A DNA stretch of 41,972 nt, taken from the NCBI GenBank assembly GCA_040380025.1, contig JBEIJY010000020.1, forward strand, positions 1-41,972, read 5' to 3'. Position numbers and translations under genes: made by a program. Source of the DNA: Bdellovibrionales bacterium (lineage in GTDB: Bacteria > Bdellovibrionota > UBA1018 > CAIMNF01). The notes beneath the pieces are model-generated. The model was given only the letters and a program-made list of their open reading frames with translations. It was not told the origin of the DNA and did not search any database. Numbering within the stretch: position 1 is the stretch's first letter; each line of letters begins with the position of its first letter. Positions 17,923 through 26,395 of the stretch are shown here, in pieces.

Positions 17923-18350
17923 TTTTGACCCGGGGACTCGGGCGCGGTCACGAGGCCCACGCGATGGATGTTCGCCTTCTTGAGTGCGGCCATGACCCGC
18001 GCGACTTCGCCGTACGGGATGGATTGGTCGGCCTGCACGAGAATCTGCAAATCAGGACGAGCACGCGAAAGCGAGGCCAGACGATCGGGGAGGGATGCGA
18101 ACGAAATCGGTTTCTGGTCGAGGTCCAGACTCGAGTCGCGCCGGATCGTGAGCATCACGGGTTCCTCGGATCGCGCAAGATTGCCCGCATCGGCCTTGGG
18201 AAGATTGACCTCCACTCCTTGCTGAAGGAGGGGTGCGGACACCATGAACACGATGAGAAGCACGAGCATCACGTCGACAAGCGGTGTGACGTTGATCTCG
18301 GAGAGCGAGACGCGCCCGCCCCTAGACGATGGGTTGGGACCCGTTGCCAT
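17919..18350 (-). CDS. tolR: TolR/ExbD
   Basis: EINVTPLVDVMLVLLIVFMV and ADQSIPYGEV; start taken at MATG. Confidence 0.93.
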   Translation of the reverse strand: MATGPNPSSRGGRVSLSEINVTPLVDVMLVLLIVFMVSAPLLQQGVEVNLPKADAGNLARSEEPVMLTIRRDSSLDLDQKPISFASLPDRLASLSRARPDLQILVQADQSIPYGEVARVMAALKKANIHRVGLVTAPESPGQK

Positions 18351-19065
18351 GGAGGGTTCCTCCCTTTTTTGCACTCAACAGGCTTCGCTGAATCATGTTG
18401 ATGAATTCCTGCGAGAAGTTCTCGATGTCGAGGCTGATCCGTTTGGTGCGTCCGACCAGGGCATTGTAGGCGATCGCGGCCGGAATGGCGGCGGCAAGGC
18501 CCACTGCGGTCGAAACCAGCGCTTCTGAGATCCCGGGAGCGACCACGGCAAGCGAGGCCGAGCCCATCGCACCGATGCTCTGAAAGGACGTCATGATCCC
18601 CCATACGGTGCCGAAGAGTCCGACAAACGGGGCGGCACTCGCGGTCGAGGCGAGCCAGTCCACATACCGTTCGAGCTCGTCGATTTCGATTCCGTGGGCG
18701 CGGTTCAGCGCCCGGCTCACGTTCGCGATCTCGATCGATCCGTCCGGCGAACCGTCCTTGATCGGAAGCTTGCGGAGTTCGAGGTATCCGGCATTGAACA
18801 CCGTTGCGACCGGAGACTCCGGGAATTGATCGAGTTTTTGATGGACCTCATCGAGCGAGGGGGAGTTCCAGAAGAGCTCAGTGAATTCCGCATTCTGAAT
18901 GCGTGCGTTCCGGAGCATCCGGGCCTTCAGGAAAATGATCGCCCAGGTGACCACCGAGGACGCGATGAGCAGGAGGAGGACGAGTTTCACGAGCAGTCCG
19001 GCCTGGGCGATCAGCTCCCAGGTTCCGGGGATGGCCGGTGCGGAAGAGAGGGAATTCGGGTTCAT
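18322..19065 (-). CDS. tolQ: TolQ/ExbB
   Basis: APFVGLFGTVWGIM and VAPGISEALVSTAVGL. Confidence 0.95.
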   Translation of the reverse strand: MNPNSLSSAPAIPGTWELIAQAGLLVKLVLLLLIASSVVTWAIIFLKARMLRNARIQNAEFTELFWNSPSLDEVHQKLDQFPESPVATVFNAGYLELRKLPIKDGSPDGSIEIANVSRALNRAHGIEIDELERYVDWLASTASAAPFVGLFGTVWGIMTSFQSIGAMGSASLAVVAPGISEALVSTAVGLAAAIPAAIAYNALVGRTKRISLDIENFSQEFINMIQRSLLSAKKGGTLHGNGSQPIV

Positions 19066-19910
19066 GGCGTCGTCGATTCCTTTCGAAGTCTCATCTTAGC
19101 ATATTGGATCATCGCCAGCAAAATCGCGAGCATGGTCTGAAGATGTCCGTTCTGGAGCAGGTTCTCGTCGCTCCGTCCCGGTTCGAGCTGAAGAAGGCCC
19201 GCGGTCTGGTTCTCGAAAAAATCAAGGCCGAGCACGGCGTGCATCATCACGAAAAACGCGGCGAGAAACCCCGTCGACGACCAGAAGGAACCGAAGATCG
19301 AAAACAAAAGGAAGAGGGTCAGAAGCTCGGCGGGCTTCGGCGAAAACCACACCTCGTACAAAACGAGGAGCATGAGGTTCTCGAGCACGGTCCGGGGGAC
19401 GCCGGGCTCGAGTTCGCGGTGGACGATCAGGCGCACGAGGAATTCGGTCGAGAACACGAATACGAAAATCAGGACAGAACGGAGGATCCACGCATAATCG
19501 GCAAGGAAGTTCAGCTTCACCTGCGAAGAGAGACCCAGGAACTCGTAATCCCCGTTCAAGATGAGGGCGGTGATCATCACCGCGCCGAAGCCGAGCCCGC
19601 GAAGCGCCGACCGGGCGAGCAAGGGGAATCCCGCCCGACGATCCCGCCAGAGGGCGATCAGGGGATCCTTGAAGAACGGAAGCGCGGAGCCGGCGCCCAG
19701 GGCCGCGAAGAGAATCTGAGTCTCGCTCAGAAACTGGTTCAGGGTCGTCATGCGATGCGGATCGGGCACGCGGTTCGATGTGAGCGACCAGAGCAGAAGG
19801 ATCGCCAGAGTGAACGCATGGAACAAACCACTCCAAAGGATCAGGAATGCTGCGATCCGGAAGGCGGGGAGGAGTTTCGCAAAATGTCGATTGAGGTTCG
19901 CCTTCCACAT
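19062..19910 (-). CDS. Multi-pass membrane protein (possibly degenerate CPBP/Abi-like)
   Basis: 282 aa with many hydrophobic helices; TEFLVR weakly resembles the CPBP EExxxR motif; coupled to tolQ. Confidence 0.65.
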   Translation of the reverse strand: MWKANLNRHFAKLLPAFRIAAFLILWSGLFHAFTLAILLLWSLTSNRVPDPHRMTTLNQFLSETQILFAALGAGSALPFFKDPLIALWRDRRAGFPLLARSALRGLGFGAVMITALILNGDYEFLGLSSQVKLNFLADYAWILRSVLIFVFVFSTEFLVRLIVHRELEPGVPRTVLENLMLLVLYEVWFSPKPAELLTLFLLFSIFGSFWSSTGFLAAFFVMMHAVLGLDFFENQTAGLLQLEPGRSDENLLQNGHLQTMLAILLAMIQYAKMRLRKESTTP

Positions 19911-19933
19911 GGATTAGACTGGCAAAGTACATC

Positions 19934-20611
19934 ATGAAATCCGCACTCCTGAAAGTTGAAAATTTGTCGAAGTCCTATGTCGAGGGCGAGCTGGTCTGGC
20001 GGAATGTGAGCTTTGAGCTCGCCCGCGGAGACTTTCTCTACATCCTGGGAGGGTCGGGCGCCGGAAAAAGCTCGCTTCTTCGCACGATCGCGGGTTTCGA
20101 GAGCCCGACCGCGGGAAGGGTGGTGTGCCAGGGCGTCGACCTGCAGTCGGCCGGAAGCTCCGATCTCGAACGGCTTCGGCGCAAAATCTCGTTCATCCCG
20201 CAGAATCTCGGACTGATCCAGGACCTCACGGTCGAGGATCACCTTGCGATGAGCTGTCTGGGTGTCCAGATGCGCGAGCGTGCCGAGGACTCGGTGCTGA
20301 AAAACGTGATTCTCCTGACCGGACTCGGAGACAAGCTCCGGAAGCGCGTTTCGACCCTCTCGGGAGGCGAGCGCCAACGGGTTGCGATTCTGCGCGCGCT
20401 TTCGAGAAAAGCCGATTTGCTGATCGCCGATGAGCCCACCGGGGCGCAGGATTTCGAGATGACATGGAAACTCATGGACATGTTCGTGAAGCTGAATCTT
20501 TCGGGCACGGCTCTGGTCCTGGCCACCCATGACCTCGAGATGGTGCGGCGGCTTCGCAAACGCTGTGCGATCCTGAAGGACGGCCAGTTCAAAGTGGAGG
20601 AGCGCGCATGA
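19934..20611 (+). CDS. ftsE: Cell division ABC ATPase FtsE
   Basis: Walker A GGSGAGKS, LSGGERQR, ADEPTG, ATHD; ftsX-envC context. Confidence 0.85.
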   Translation: MKSALLKVENLSKSYVEGELVWRNVSFELARGDFLYILGGSGAGKSSLLRTIAGFESPTAGRVVCQGVDLQSAGSSDLERLRRKISFIPQNLGLIQDLTVEDHLAMSCLGVQMRERAEDSVLKNVILLTGLGDKLRKRVSTLSGGERQRVAILRALSRKADLLIADEPTGAQDFEMTWKLMDMFVKLNLSGTALVLATHDLEMVRRLRKRCAILKDGQFKVEERA

Positions 20612-21465
20612 GCGCCGCAGGATTGATGCTCAGGCTTTCCCTTCTTCCGTTCCGCCGCTCGCGCGTGGTGATCGGGCTCATGGTGATCTCGCTCGCCCAG
20701 CTGATGCTCGGACTCTGGTTTTGCGGCTCTCTTCTGGGCGAGATTTCCGAGACCCGCGAGTACGCCCGCGATGCCCGACTGGTCACGATCCAGATGAAAG
20801 ACGCCGAAAGCCCGGTCGATGCCGTGCGTGCGGCGATCGGGAACGGGACGGTCTCGGTCGAAGAATGGAAGACCGAAGAGGTGCTCGCCAAGATGGAGGG
20901 CGAAGAACCCGAGCTCGTCCAGACCGTGCGCTCGATCGGGAACGAGGGCTTGCAGTTGATTCCGCGCCTTCTGGTCGCACGCGGAGTGATTTCGGAAGAG
21001 GCGGTGAATCAGATTAGGCTTCTGACCGAGGTGGCGCGGGTCGATGCGGGGCCCTCGCACCACTCGCGACTTCTCGGGTTTTACCAGCATCTCGGGCTGG
21101 AGATCCGGATCGCCGTGGCGCTTTTGCTTTTGCTCGTGCTCGTGCAGATGGTGGTGTTCGAGCGGATCCAGGCGCGCGATGCGCGCGAGGTGACCGCGAA
21201 CCTCTCGGCCTGGGGCGTCCCCGCGTGGAAGGCGCGGTTCCCGGCCCTGGTCTCGATGCTCGTGTTGAGTCTGGCTTCGGCCGGAATCTCGACCGGCGAG
21301 TGGTTGTTTTTTCGCAAGTGGATCTGGCGGAACAATGCGTTCTTGGGCGAGCTCAGCATCGACCGCGTGCTCTCGTTCCCGTGGCTCATGGTGGGGGTGA
21401 CCTTCGCCGTTGTCGCGGTTCTCAGCGTGATTCTCGTGTTCTCGGGGAGAGCGGTGGAGGAATGA
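20608..21465 (+). CDS. ftsX: FtsX-like permease
   Basis: Four TM segments with a large loop after TM1; coupled to ftsE and envC; divergent sequence. Confidence 0.75.
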   Translation: MSAAGLMLRLSLLPFRRSRVVIGLMVISLAQLMLGLWFCGSLLGEISETREYARDARLVTIQMKDAESPVDAVRAAIGNGTVSVEEWKTEEVLAKMEGEEPELVQTVRSIGNEGLQLIPRLLVARGVISEEAVNQIRLLTEVARVDAGPSHHSRLLGFYQHLGLEIRIAVALLLLLVLVQMVVFERIQARDAREVTANLSAWGVPAWKARFPALVSMLVLSLASAGISTGEWLFFRKWIWRNNAFLGELSIDRVLSFPWLMVGVTFAVVAVLSVILVFSGRAVEE

Positions 21466-22610
21466 GGACTCCTCCCGCGAGCGCTCTTTTTGCGATTTTG
21501 ATCGCCTCGACCGCGGGTGCCGGCATCAATCCGGTTCCGGCCGAGGTCAGCCAGAAGCTCGGAGAAATCCGCGCCCAACGGATTTCGGCCGAGAAAGCGC
21601 TGGTCGAAGCCGAGCAGGCCAAGAAGTCGACCGAAGACCAGCTCCGTCGCCTAAAGGCGCTTCAAAAACTCCAGACCCGCGAAAAGGCACTGACCGAGAA
21701 GCGACTGAAGAAGCTCGAGGGGTATCTTGCCGAGCTCGAGGATCGAAAAAAAGCCGTCGAAAAGCGCGTCGAGGAATCAAAGCTCGCCGTCCGGAAGGCG
21801 CTCGCGAAACTGATTCCCCCCGTGGTCGCCCGGAGTGAAGAGCTGATTCGCGGCGGTGAGGGCTCGGGCGCGCTGGTTCTCCGGGGAAAAATCGTTTCGA
21901 GCGTCGCGGCGCAGGACCTGAAGGAGCTCGAGAGTCTTCGGGTCGATCTCGAGGACGCGGCGGAGATCGCAAGCCGGATCGAGCAGGAAAAGCAACAAAT
22001 CGCCTCGCTCTTGCAGGATGTGTCCGAACAGGAGTCGCTCATCTTGTTTCATCGCAAGATCCGCGAGGATTTGAGCGCCGAGCGGCAGGATGAGCTCCTT
22101 CGCGAACTCGACCGCTACCGGAGCCTCAAGACCTCCGAGGTCGAGATCGAACGGAGGATCTCGGATTTCGAGGGCCGGCAAAAGATCGAAGCCGAAAAAG
22201 ACCAGCTCCGGAAAGGCTCCCGCATGGTGCTTCGTCCGAAGAGCCTTCCCTGGCCCCTTCGCGGCAAGGTGGTGGGAACCTATGGCCAACGCCGCGACCC
22301 GAAAACCGGCTTGAACATCTTCAGCAAGGGAATCGAGATCGCAACGGTGCAGGACAACGCCGGCGTGCAGAGCGTGATGGAGGGCCGGGTGCAGTATTCG
22401 GGCGAGATTCCCGGCAAGGGCAAGGTGTTGATCCTCGAGCATTCCGATTCGATCTACAGCATTTACGGGGGGCTCCGGGAGCTGGTGCGGGGCAAGGGGG
22501 ACGAGGTCAGGGCGGCCGAGAACCTCGGGTTTCTGGAGTCGGAGCAACCGCTCTATTTCGAGATCCGCTCCGGAAACATCGCCATCGACCCGGTCAAATG
22601 GTTACAATGA
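21462..22610 (+). CDS. envC: Murein hydrolase activator EnvC-like (coiled coil plus degenerate M23)
   Basis: Start at MRTPP after GGAGG; coiled coil, LPWPLRGKV, LYFEIR...IDPVKWL; M23 His ligands absent. Confidence 0.85.
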   Translation: MRTPPASALFAILIASTAGAGINPVPAEVSQKLGEIRAQRISAEKALVEAEQAKKSTEDQLRRLKALQKLQTREKALTEKRLKKLEGYLAELEDRKKAVEKRVEESKLAVRKALAKLIPPVVARSEELIRGGEGSGALVLRGKIVSSVAAQDLKELESLRVDLEDAAEIASRIEQEKQQIASLLQDVSEQESLILFHRKIREDLSAERQDELLRELDRYRSLKTSEVEIERRISDFEGRQKIEAEKDQLRKGSRMVLRPKSLPWPLRGKVVGTYGQRRDPKTGLNIFSKGIEIATVQDNAGVQSVMEGRVQYSGEIPGKGKVLILEHSDSIYSIYGGLRELVRGKGDEVRAAENLGFLESEQPLYFEIRSGNIAIDPVKWLQ

Positions 22611-22627
22611 TCCGTGAGGGAGTGTTC

Positions 22628-23980
22628 ATGAGAATTCCATTTCTGGCCCTGGTTCTTCTTGGTTCGTCCGTGTGTCGAGCGGGGGAGTCCCCCGGCCCGG
22701 TCTTGAACCAGAACGATCGCTACAAGAACATCGAGTTGTTCCAGAAGGTGCTCCAGTTCGTCGAGAAGAATTACGTCGATTCCGTCCGGAACGATGCGCT
22801 CGTCCACGGCGCCATCAAGGGCATGCTCGAGACGCTCGATCCCCATTCGAACTTTCTGACCGCCGAAGTGTACCGCGACATGAAGATCGACACGAGCGGC
22901 AAGTTCAACGGGGTCGGAATCGAGGTCGCGATCAAGGACGAGGTCCTGACCGTGCTCGCCCCGATCGAGGACAGTCCGGCGTGGAGCGCAGGAATCCTTC
23001 CGGGCGACAAGATCGTGAAAATCGACGGCGAAAGCACGAAGGGGTACTCGCTCGCCGAGGCGATCGCGAAGATGCGCGGAAAAAACGGCTCTTCCGTGAC
23101 CGTCACCATTTATCGCAAAGGCTGGAGCCGGTTCAAGGATCTCGTCCTGAAGCGCCGGGAGATCCGCATCCGTTCAGTGCAGTCGGAGCTCATGGAGCCC
23201 GGGTTCGGGTACGTGCGCCTCTCGTCGTTCAACGAGAGCGCGGCCAAGGACGTGCGGGCCGCGATCGCAAAGCTCGAGCAGAAAGAAAAACTCCGCGGCC
23301 TGGTGTTCGATTTGCGCATGAATCCGGGCGGGCTCCTCGACCAGGCGGTCGAGGTTGCCTCGCTGTTCCTCGATGAGGGTGTGATTGTGACCACGATGGG
23401 CCGCGATCCGGCACAAAAAGAAGTGCGGACCGCAAAAAAAGGAATGGCCCGCAAGGACATTCCGCTCATCGTGCTCGTGAACAGCGGCACCGCCTCGGCG
23501 GCCGAGATCGTGTCGGCGGCCCTGCAAGACCACCGCCGCGCGATGATCGTCGGCGACACCACTTTCGGAAAGGGCTCGGTGCAAACCATCATCGATCTCG
23601 GTGCCGAAATGGGGCTCAAGCTCACGATCGCGCGGTATTTCTCGCCGAACGGGACCAGCATCCAAGAAAAGGGCGTCGTACCCGACATCGCGCTCGACGA
23701 GTATGATCCGAAGCTTCTGGCCCGCGCGCGGATCAACAAGGATTCGACCCGCGAGAAGGACCTGCGCGGACATCTTGTGAATCCGGCCGCCGCCGCGACG
23801 AAGAACGGGGACGAGTTCACCATCCGGGAGTTCAAGGAAAGAACCGGAGACCATGCCGAGGACTCGGGCGACGGCGAGCTTCAGCCGGTTCGATTCCAGC
23901 CCCGCGACGATTACCAGACCCAAGCCGCCCTCCGGTACCTGAAGTCCTACGAGGTGTTCAGGAAGATCAAAAATGAGTGA
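22628..23980 (+). CDS. ctpA: S41 carboxyl-terminal processing protease
   Basis: LDPHS, PDZ region, DLRMNPGGLL, TASAAEI, TFGKGSVQ. Confidence 0.93.
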   Translation: MRIPFLALVLLGSSVCRAGESPGPVLNQNDRYKNIELFQKVLQFVEKNYVDSVRNDALVHGAIKGMLETLDPHSNFLTAEVYRDMKIDTSGKFNGVGIEVAIKDEVLTVLAPIEDSPAWSAGILPGDKIVKIDGESTKGYSLAEAIAKMRGKNGSSVTVTIYRKGWSRFKDLVLKRREIRIRSVQSELMEPGFGYVRLSSFNESAAKDVRAAIAKLEQKEKLRGLVFDLRMNPGGLLDQAVEVASLFLDEGVIVTTMGRDPAQKEVRTAKKGMARKDIPLIVLVNSGTASAAEIVSAALQDHRRAMIVGDTTFGKGSVQTIIDLGAEMGLKLTIARYFSPNGTSIQEKGVVPDIALDEYDPKLLARARINKDSTREKDLRGHLVNPAAAATKNGDEFTIREFKERTGDHAEDSGDGELQPVRFQPRDDYQTQAALRYLKSYEVFRKIKNE

Positions 23981-25196
23981 TTCGGATCTGCCTCTGTTTC
24001 AGCCCGGCGCCGCTTCCGCCCGCCATCCTGCGATGAGCGTGAGCGAACTCACCCATAAAATCAAAGGGACTCTCGAGTCGGGGTTTCCCGGGGTCTGGGT
24101 GCGCGGAGAAATCAGCAATTTCAAGCCCGCCCCGAGCGGGCATCTGTATTTTTCGCTGAAGGACGAGTACGCCACGATTCCCGTCGCGGCCTTCGGCTGG
24201 GGGAGAAAAAAAATCCCCTTCCAGCTCCGGGACGGCATGGAGATCCTCTGCCGCGGGAACCTCTCGGTGTATCCGCAAAGGGGCGCCTACCAGCTCATCG
24301 TCGACGCGATCGAGCCCGTGGGCGCGGGTTCGCTCCAGCTCGCGTTCGAGCAGCTCAAAGAAAAGCTCGCCAAAGAGGGGCTGTTCGACCCGGCCAGAAA
24401 ACGCCCCATTCCCCGCTTTCCGAAAAAAATCGTCGTTATCACCGCGCCTCAGAGCGCCGCGGTCCGCGATGTGCTCACGGTCCTGAGACGTCGCGCACCC
24501 TTTGTCGAGGTGCTCGTGATCCCTTCGCTCGTGCAGGGCGATGAGGCCGCCGCGAAGCTCGTTCAGGCGCTCAGAGTGGCGAATCATCATCGGTTGGGCG
24601 AGGTGATTCTTCTGACCCGGGGCGGGGGAAGCATCGAAGACCTCTGGGCCTTCAATCACGAGGCGCTCGCGCGCGCCATTGCCGGAAGTGCGATCCCGGT
24701 GATTTCGGCGGTAGGGCACGAGATCGACTTCACGATCGCCGATTTTGTCGCCGATCTGCGCGCGCCCACTCCATCGGCCGGTGCCGAAATCCTGACCGGG
24801 GCCTGGGTGGAGCTTCGCGAACGGACCCGACAGCTCGATCAGCGCCTTACGTTGTCGCTCCGGCGCGATCTTCAGCTCCGGAAGCGAACTCTCGAGGCCT
24901 TCGCGGCCCGCCTGAAAAGCCCGAAGGATCGTCTGCGCGAGCAGATCCAGCGCATCGACGAGATCGAGGCCGCGCTCGAGAGGTCGATCCGCCTTTTGAT
25001 CGAGCGCAGACGGACGGGGCTCGATCGCTTGGTGACGAAGCTCGATGCGCTCTCGCCGCTCCAGGTGCTCTCGCGCGGCTACGCGCTCGTCCGGCAGAAG
25101 TCGGGAAGAGTCGTCCGGAGTGCAAAAGAGGTGTCGCCGAATGATCCGCTCCTGTTGCGGTTTGGCGACGGCGAGGTGGGAGTGAGGGTCGAATGA
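23973..25196 (+). CDS. xseA: Exodeoxyribonuclease VII large subunit
   Basis: GEISNF, SGHLYFSLKD, RGGGSIEDLWAFN, VGHEIDFTIAD, APTPS. Confidence 0.97.
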   Translation: MSDSDLPLFQPGAASARHPAMSVSELTHKIKGTLESGFPGVWVRGEISNFKPAPSGHLYFSLKDEYATIPVAAFGWGRKKIPFQLRDGMEILCRGNLSVYPQRGAYQLIVDAIEPVGAGSLQLAFEQLKEKLAKEGLFDPARKRPIPRFPKKIVVITAPQSAAVRDVLTVLRRRAPFVEVLVIPSLVQGDEAAAKLVQALRVANHHRLGEVILLTRGGGSIEDLWAFNHEALARAIAGSAIPVISAVGHEIDFTIADFVADLRAPTPSAGAEILTGAWVELRERTRQLDQRLTLSLRRDLQLRKRTLEAFAARLKSPKDRLREQIQRIDEIEAALERSIRLLIERRRTGLDRLVTKLDALSPLQVLSRGYALVRQKSGRVVRSAKEVSPNDPLLLRFGDGEVGVRVE

Positions 25197-26092
25197 AAGG
25201 GGTTTTGGCGCTTTTTGCGATTCTGATCGGTGTCGATGCGCTCGCCGCACGGACGAGCACCGTCGTGGTGGATGAGGCGTCGATTTTTGAATTCCCGCGA
25301 AAAAATTCGCGTCAGATCGGAAGCGCGAAAAAAGACGAAAAGCTCATGGTCGGGAATCAGCCCATCGAGGGGTTCTACAAGCTGAAGATCAAAACCGGAG
25401 AATTCGGCTGGGTTTCGGGAAATGACATTCTGGTCGAAGCCCCGCAGGAAGGTGCCGGGGGAGTGCCCGAAGCAACCGAAACGTCCGAGGCGTCCGCCGA
25501 AGAGAAATTCCATGGCGACCGCTTTCGCATCCAGCTCGGATACGGAATCCAGAATCTGGCCTATGGCGGGCTCTCGACCCATTACGCGGGAACAGGCTCG
25601 CTCAATTTCGGAACCCATTATCGTCTCGAGATCCAGCGAAAGATTTACTACCTTCTGTACTGGGGGCTTCGCGGAGCGCTCACGAGTGCCGACACGGGAA
25701 TTCGCGACAAGCCCGACGGAACCCGGCAACGGATCAAGCAAGCGGCGATTCCGGTCGAGATCGGAGTGATTTTTCATCCGCTCCACTGGCGGAGGTTCCG
25801 GGTGGGGCTTGCGGGCTATGTGGGCGCCTCGTTCGGGACTTATTCTTCGGTGCAGACCATCGGCACCGAGGATCTGACCGTGAAGTACGCCTCGGTTGAT
25901 CCGATCGGGACCGCGTCGGTGCAGGCGACCTACGGGTTCACGAGGGCGTTCGGGGTTTTCGGCGAGCTCGCATACCGGTACCATCGCACGGGCACGCATG
26001 CGGCGACCTCGGCCGCGCTCGGATCGGTTCCCGCATTCCAGATCGATTATTCGGGCTATTACATGAGCGGCGGCCTCGAGATCCGATTCTGA
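25193..26092 (+). CDS. SH3-like domain plus outer-membrane beta-barrel protein
   Basis: Signal peptide, SH3b-like FYKLKIKTGEFGWVS, amphipathic strands ending in the BAM-type GLEIRF. Confidence 0.7.
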   Translation: MKGVLALFAILIGVDALAARTSTVVVDEASIFEFPRKNSRQIGSAKKDEKLMVGNQPIEGFYKLKIKTGEFGWVSGNDILVEAPQEGAGGVPEATETSEASAEEKFHGDRFRIQLGYGIQNLAYGGLSTHYAGTGSLNFGTHYRLEIQRKIYYLLYWGLRGALTSADTGIRDKPDGTRQRIKQAAIPVEIGVIFHPLHWRRFRVGLAGYVGASFGTYSSVQTIGTEDLTVKYASVDPIGTASVQATYGFTRAFGVFGELAYRYHRTGTHAATSAALGSVPAFQIDYSGYYMSGGLEIRF

Positions 26093-26100
26093 TTTTTTCA

Positions 26101-26301
26101 CACCGCTCTGTTTGTGTGCGCATTTCTTGAATCTCCCATCAGGATCGGGCTCAACCAGAAAAGAAGTTTGACCTCCGAGCCGCGTCGTGCGGCCTCGCTT
26201 TCGCGCGTCACGCGCTCGCGAGAGTCGGCCAAATTTCTTTTCTGGTTGAGCCCGCTCCTGATGGGAGATTTCCGAATCGGGCGCACACATACGGTGCGGT
26301 G
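26101..26301 (-). repeat. PAL-3: ~200-bp palindromic element (core on minus strand)
   Basis: Core 26174-26226 is the exact reverse complement of the PAL-2 core. Arms 26101-26173 and 26227-26301 are self-complementary but of different sequence. Confidence 0.93.
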
Positions 26302-26321
26302 ACTAAAGGAGAGTCTGTCTT

Positions 26322-26387
26322 TTTTTCGAATCCACTGGTTTCCAGTCAGACCCCGGGTTGCTCACTCAATCGGGTGGATTCGAAAAA
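26322..26387. repeat. Inverted repeat with 14-bp perfect arms
   Basis: TTTTTCGAATCCAC (26322-26335) and GTGGATTCGAAAAA (26374-26387), between convergent genes. Confidence 0.75.
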
Positions 26388-26395
26388 GAAAAGAA

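Noticed and set aside
22240..22610. Missing catalytic His residues in the M23 domain as a novelty
   Set aside because: A degenerate LytM domain is the normal state of EnvC-type activators.
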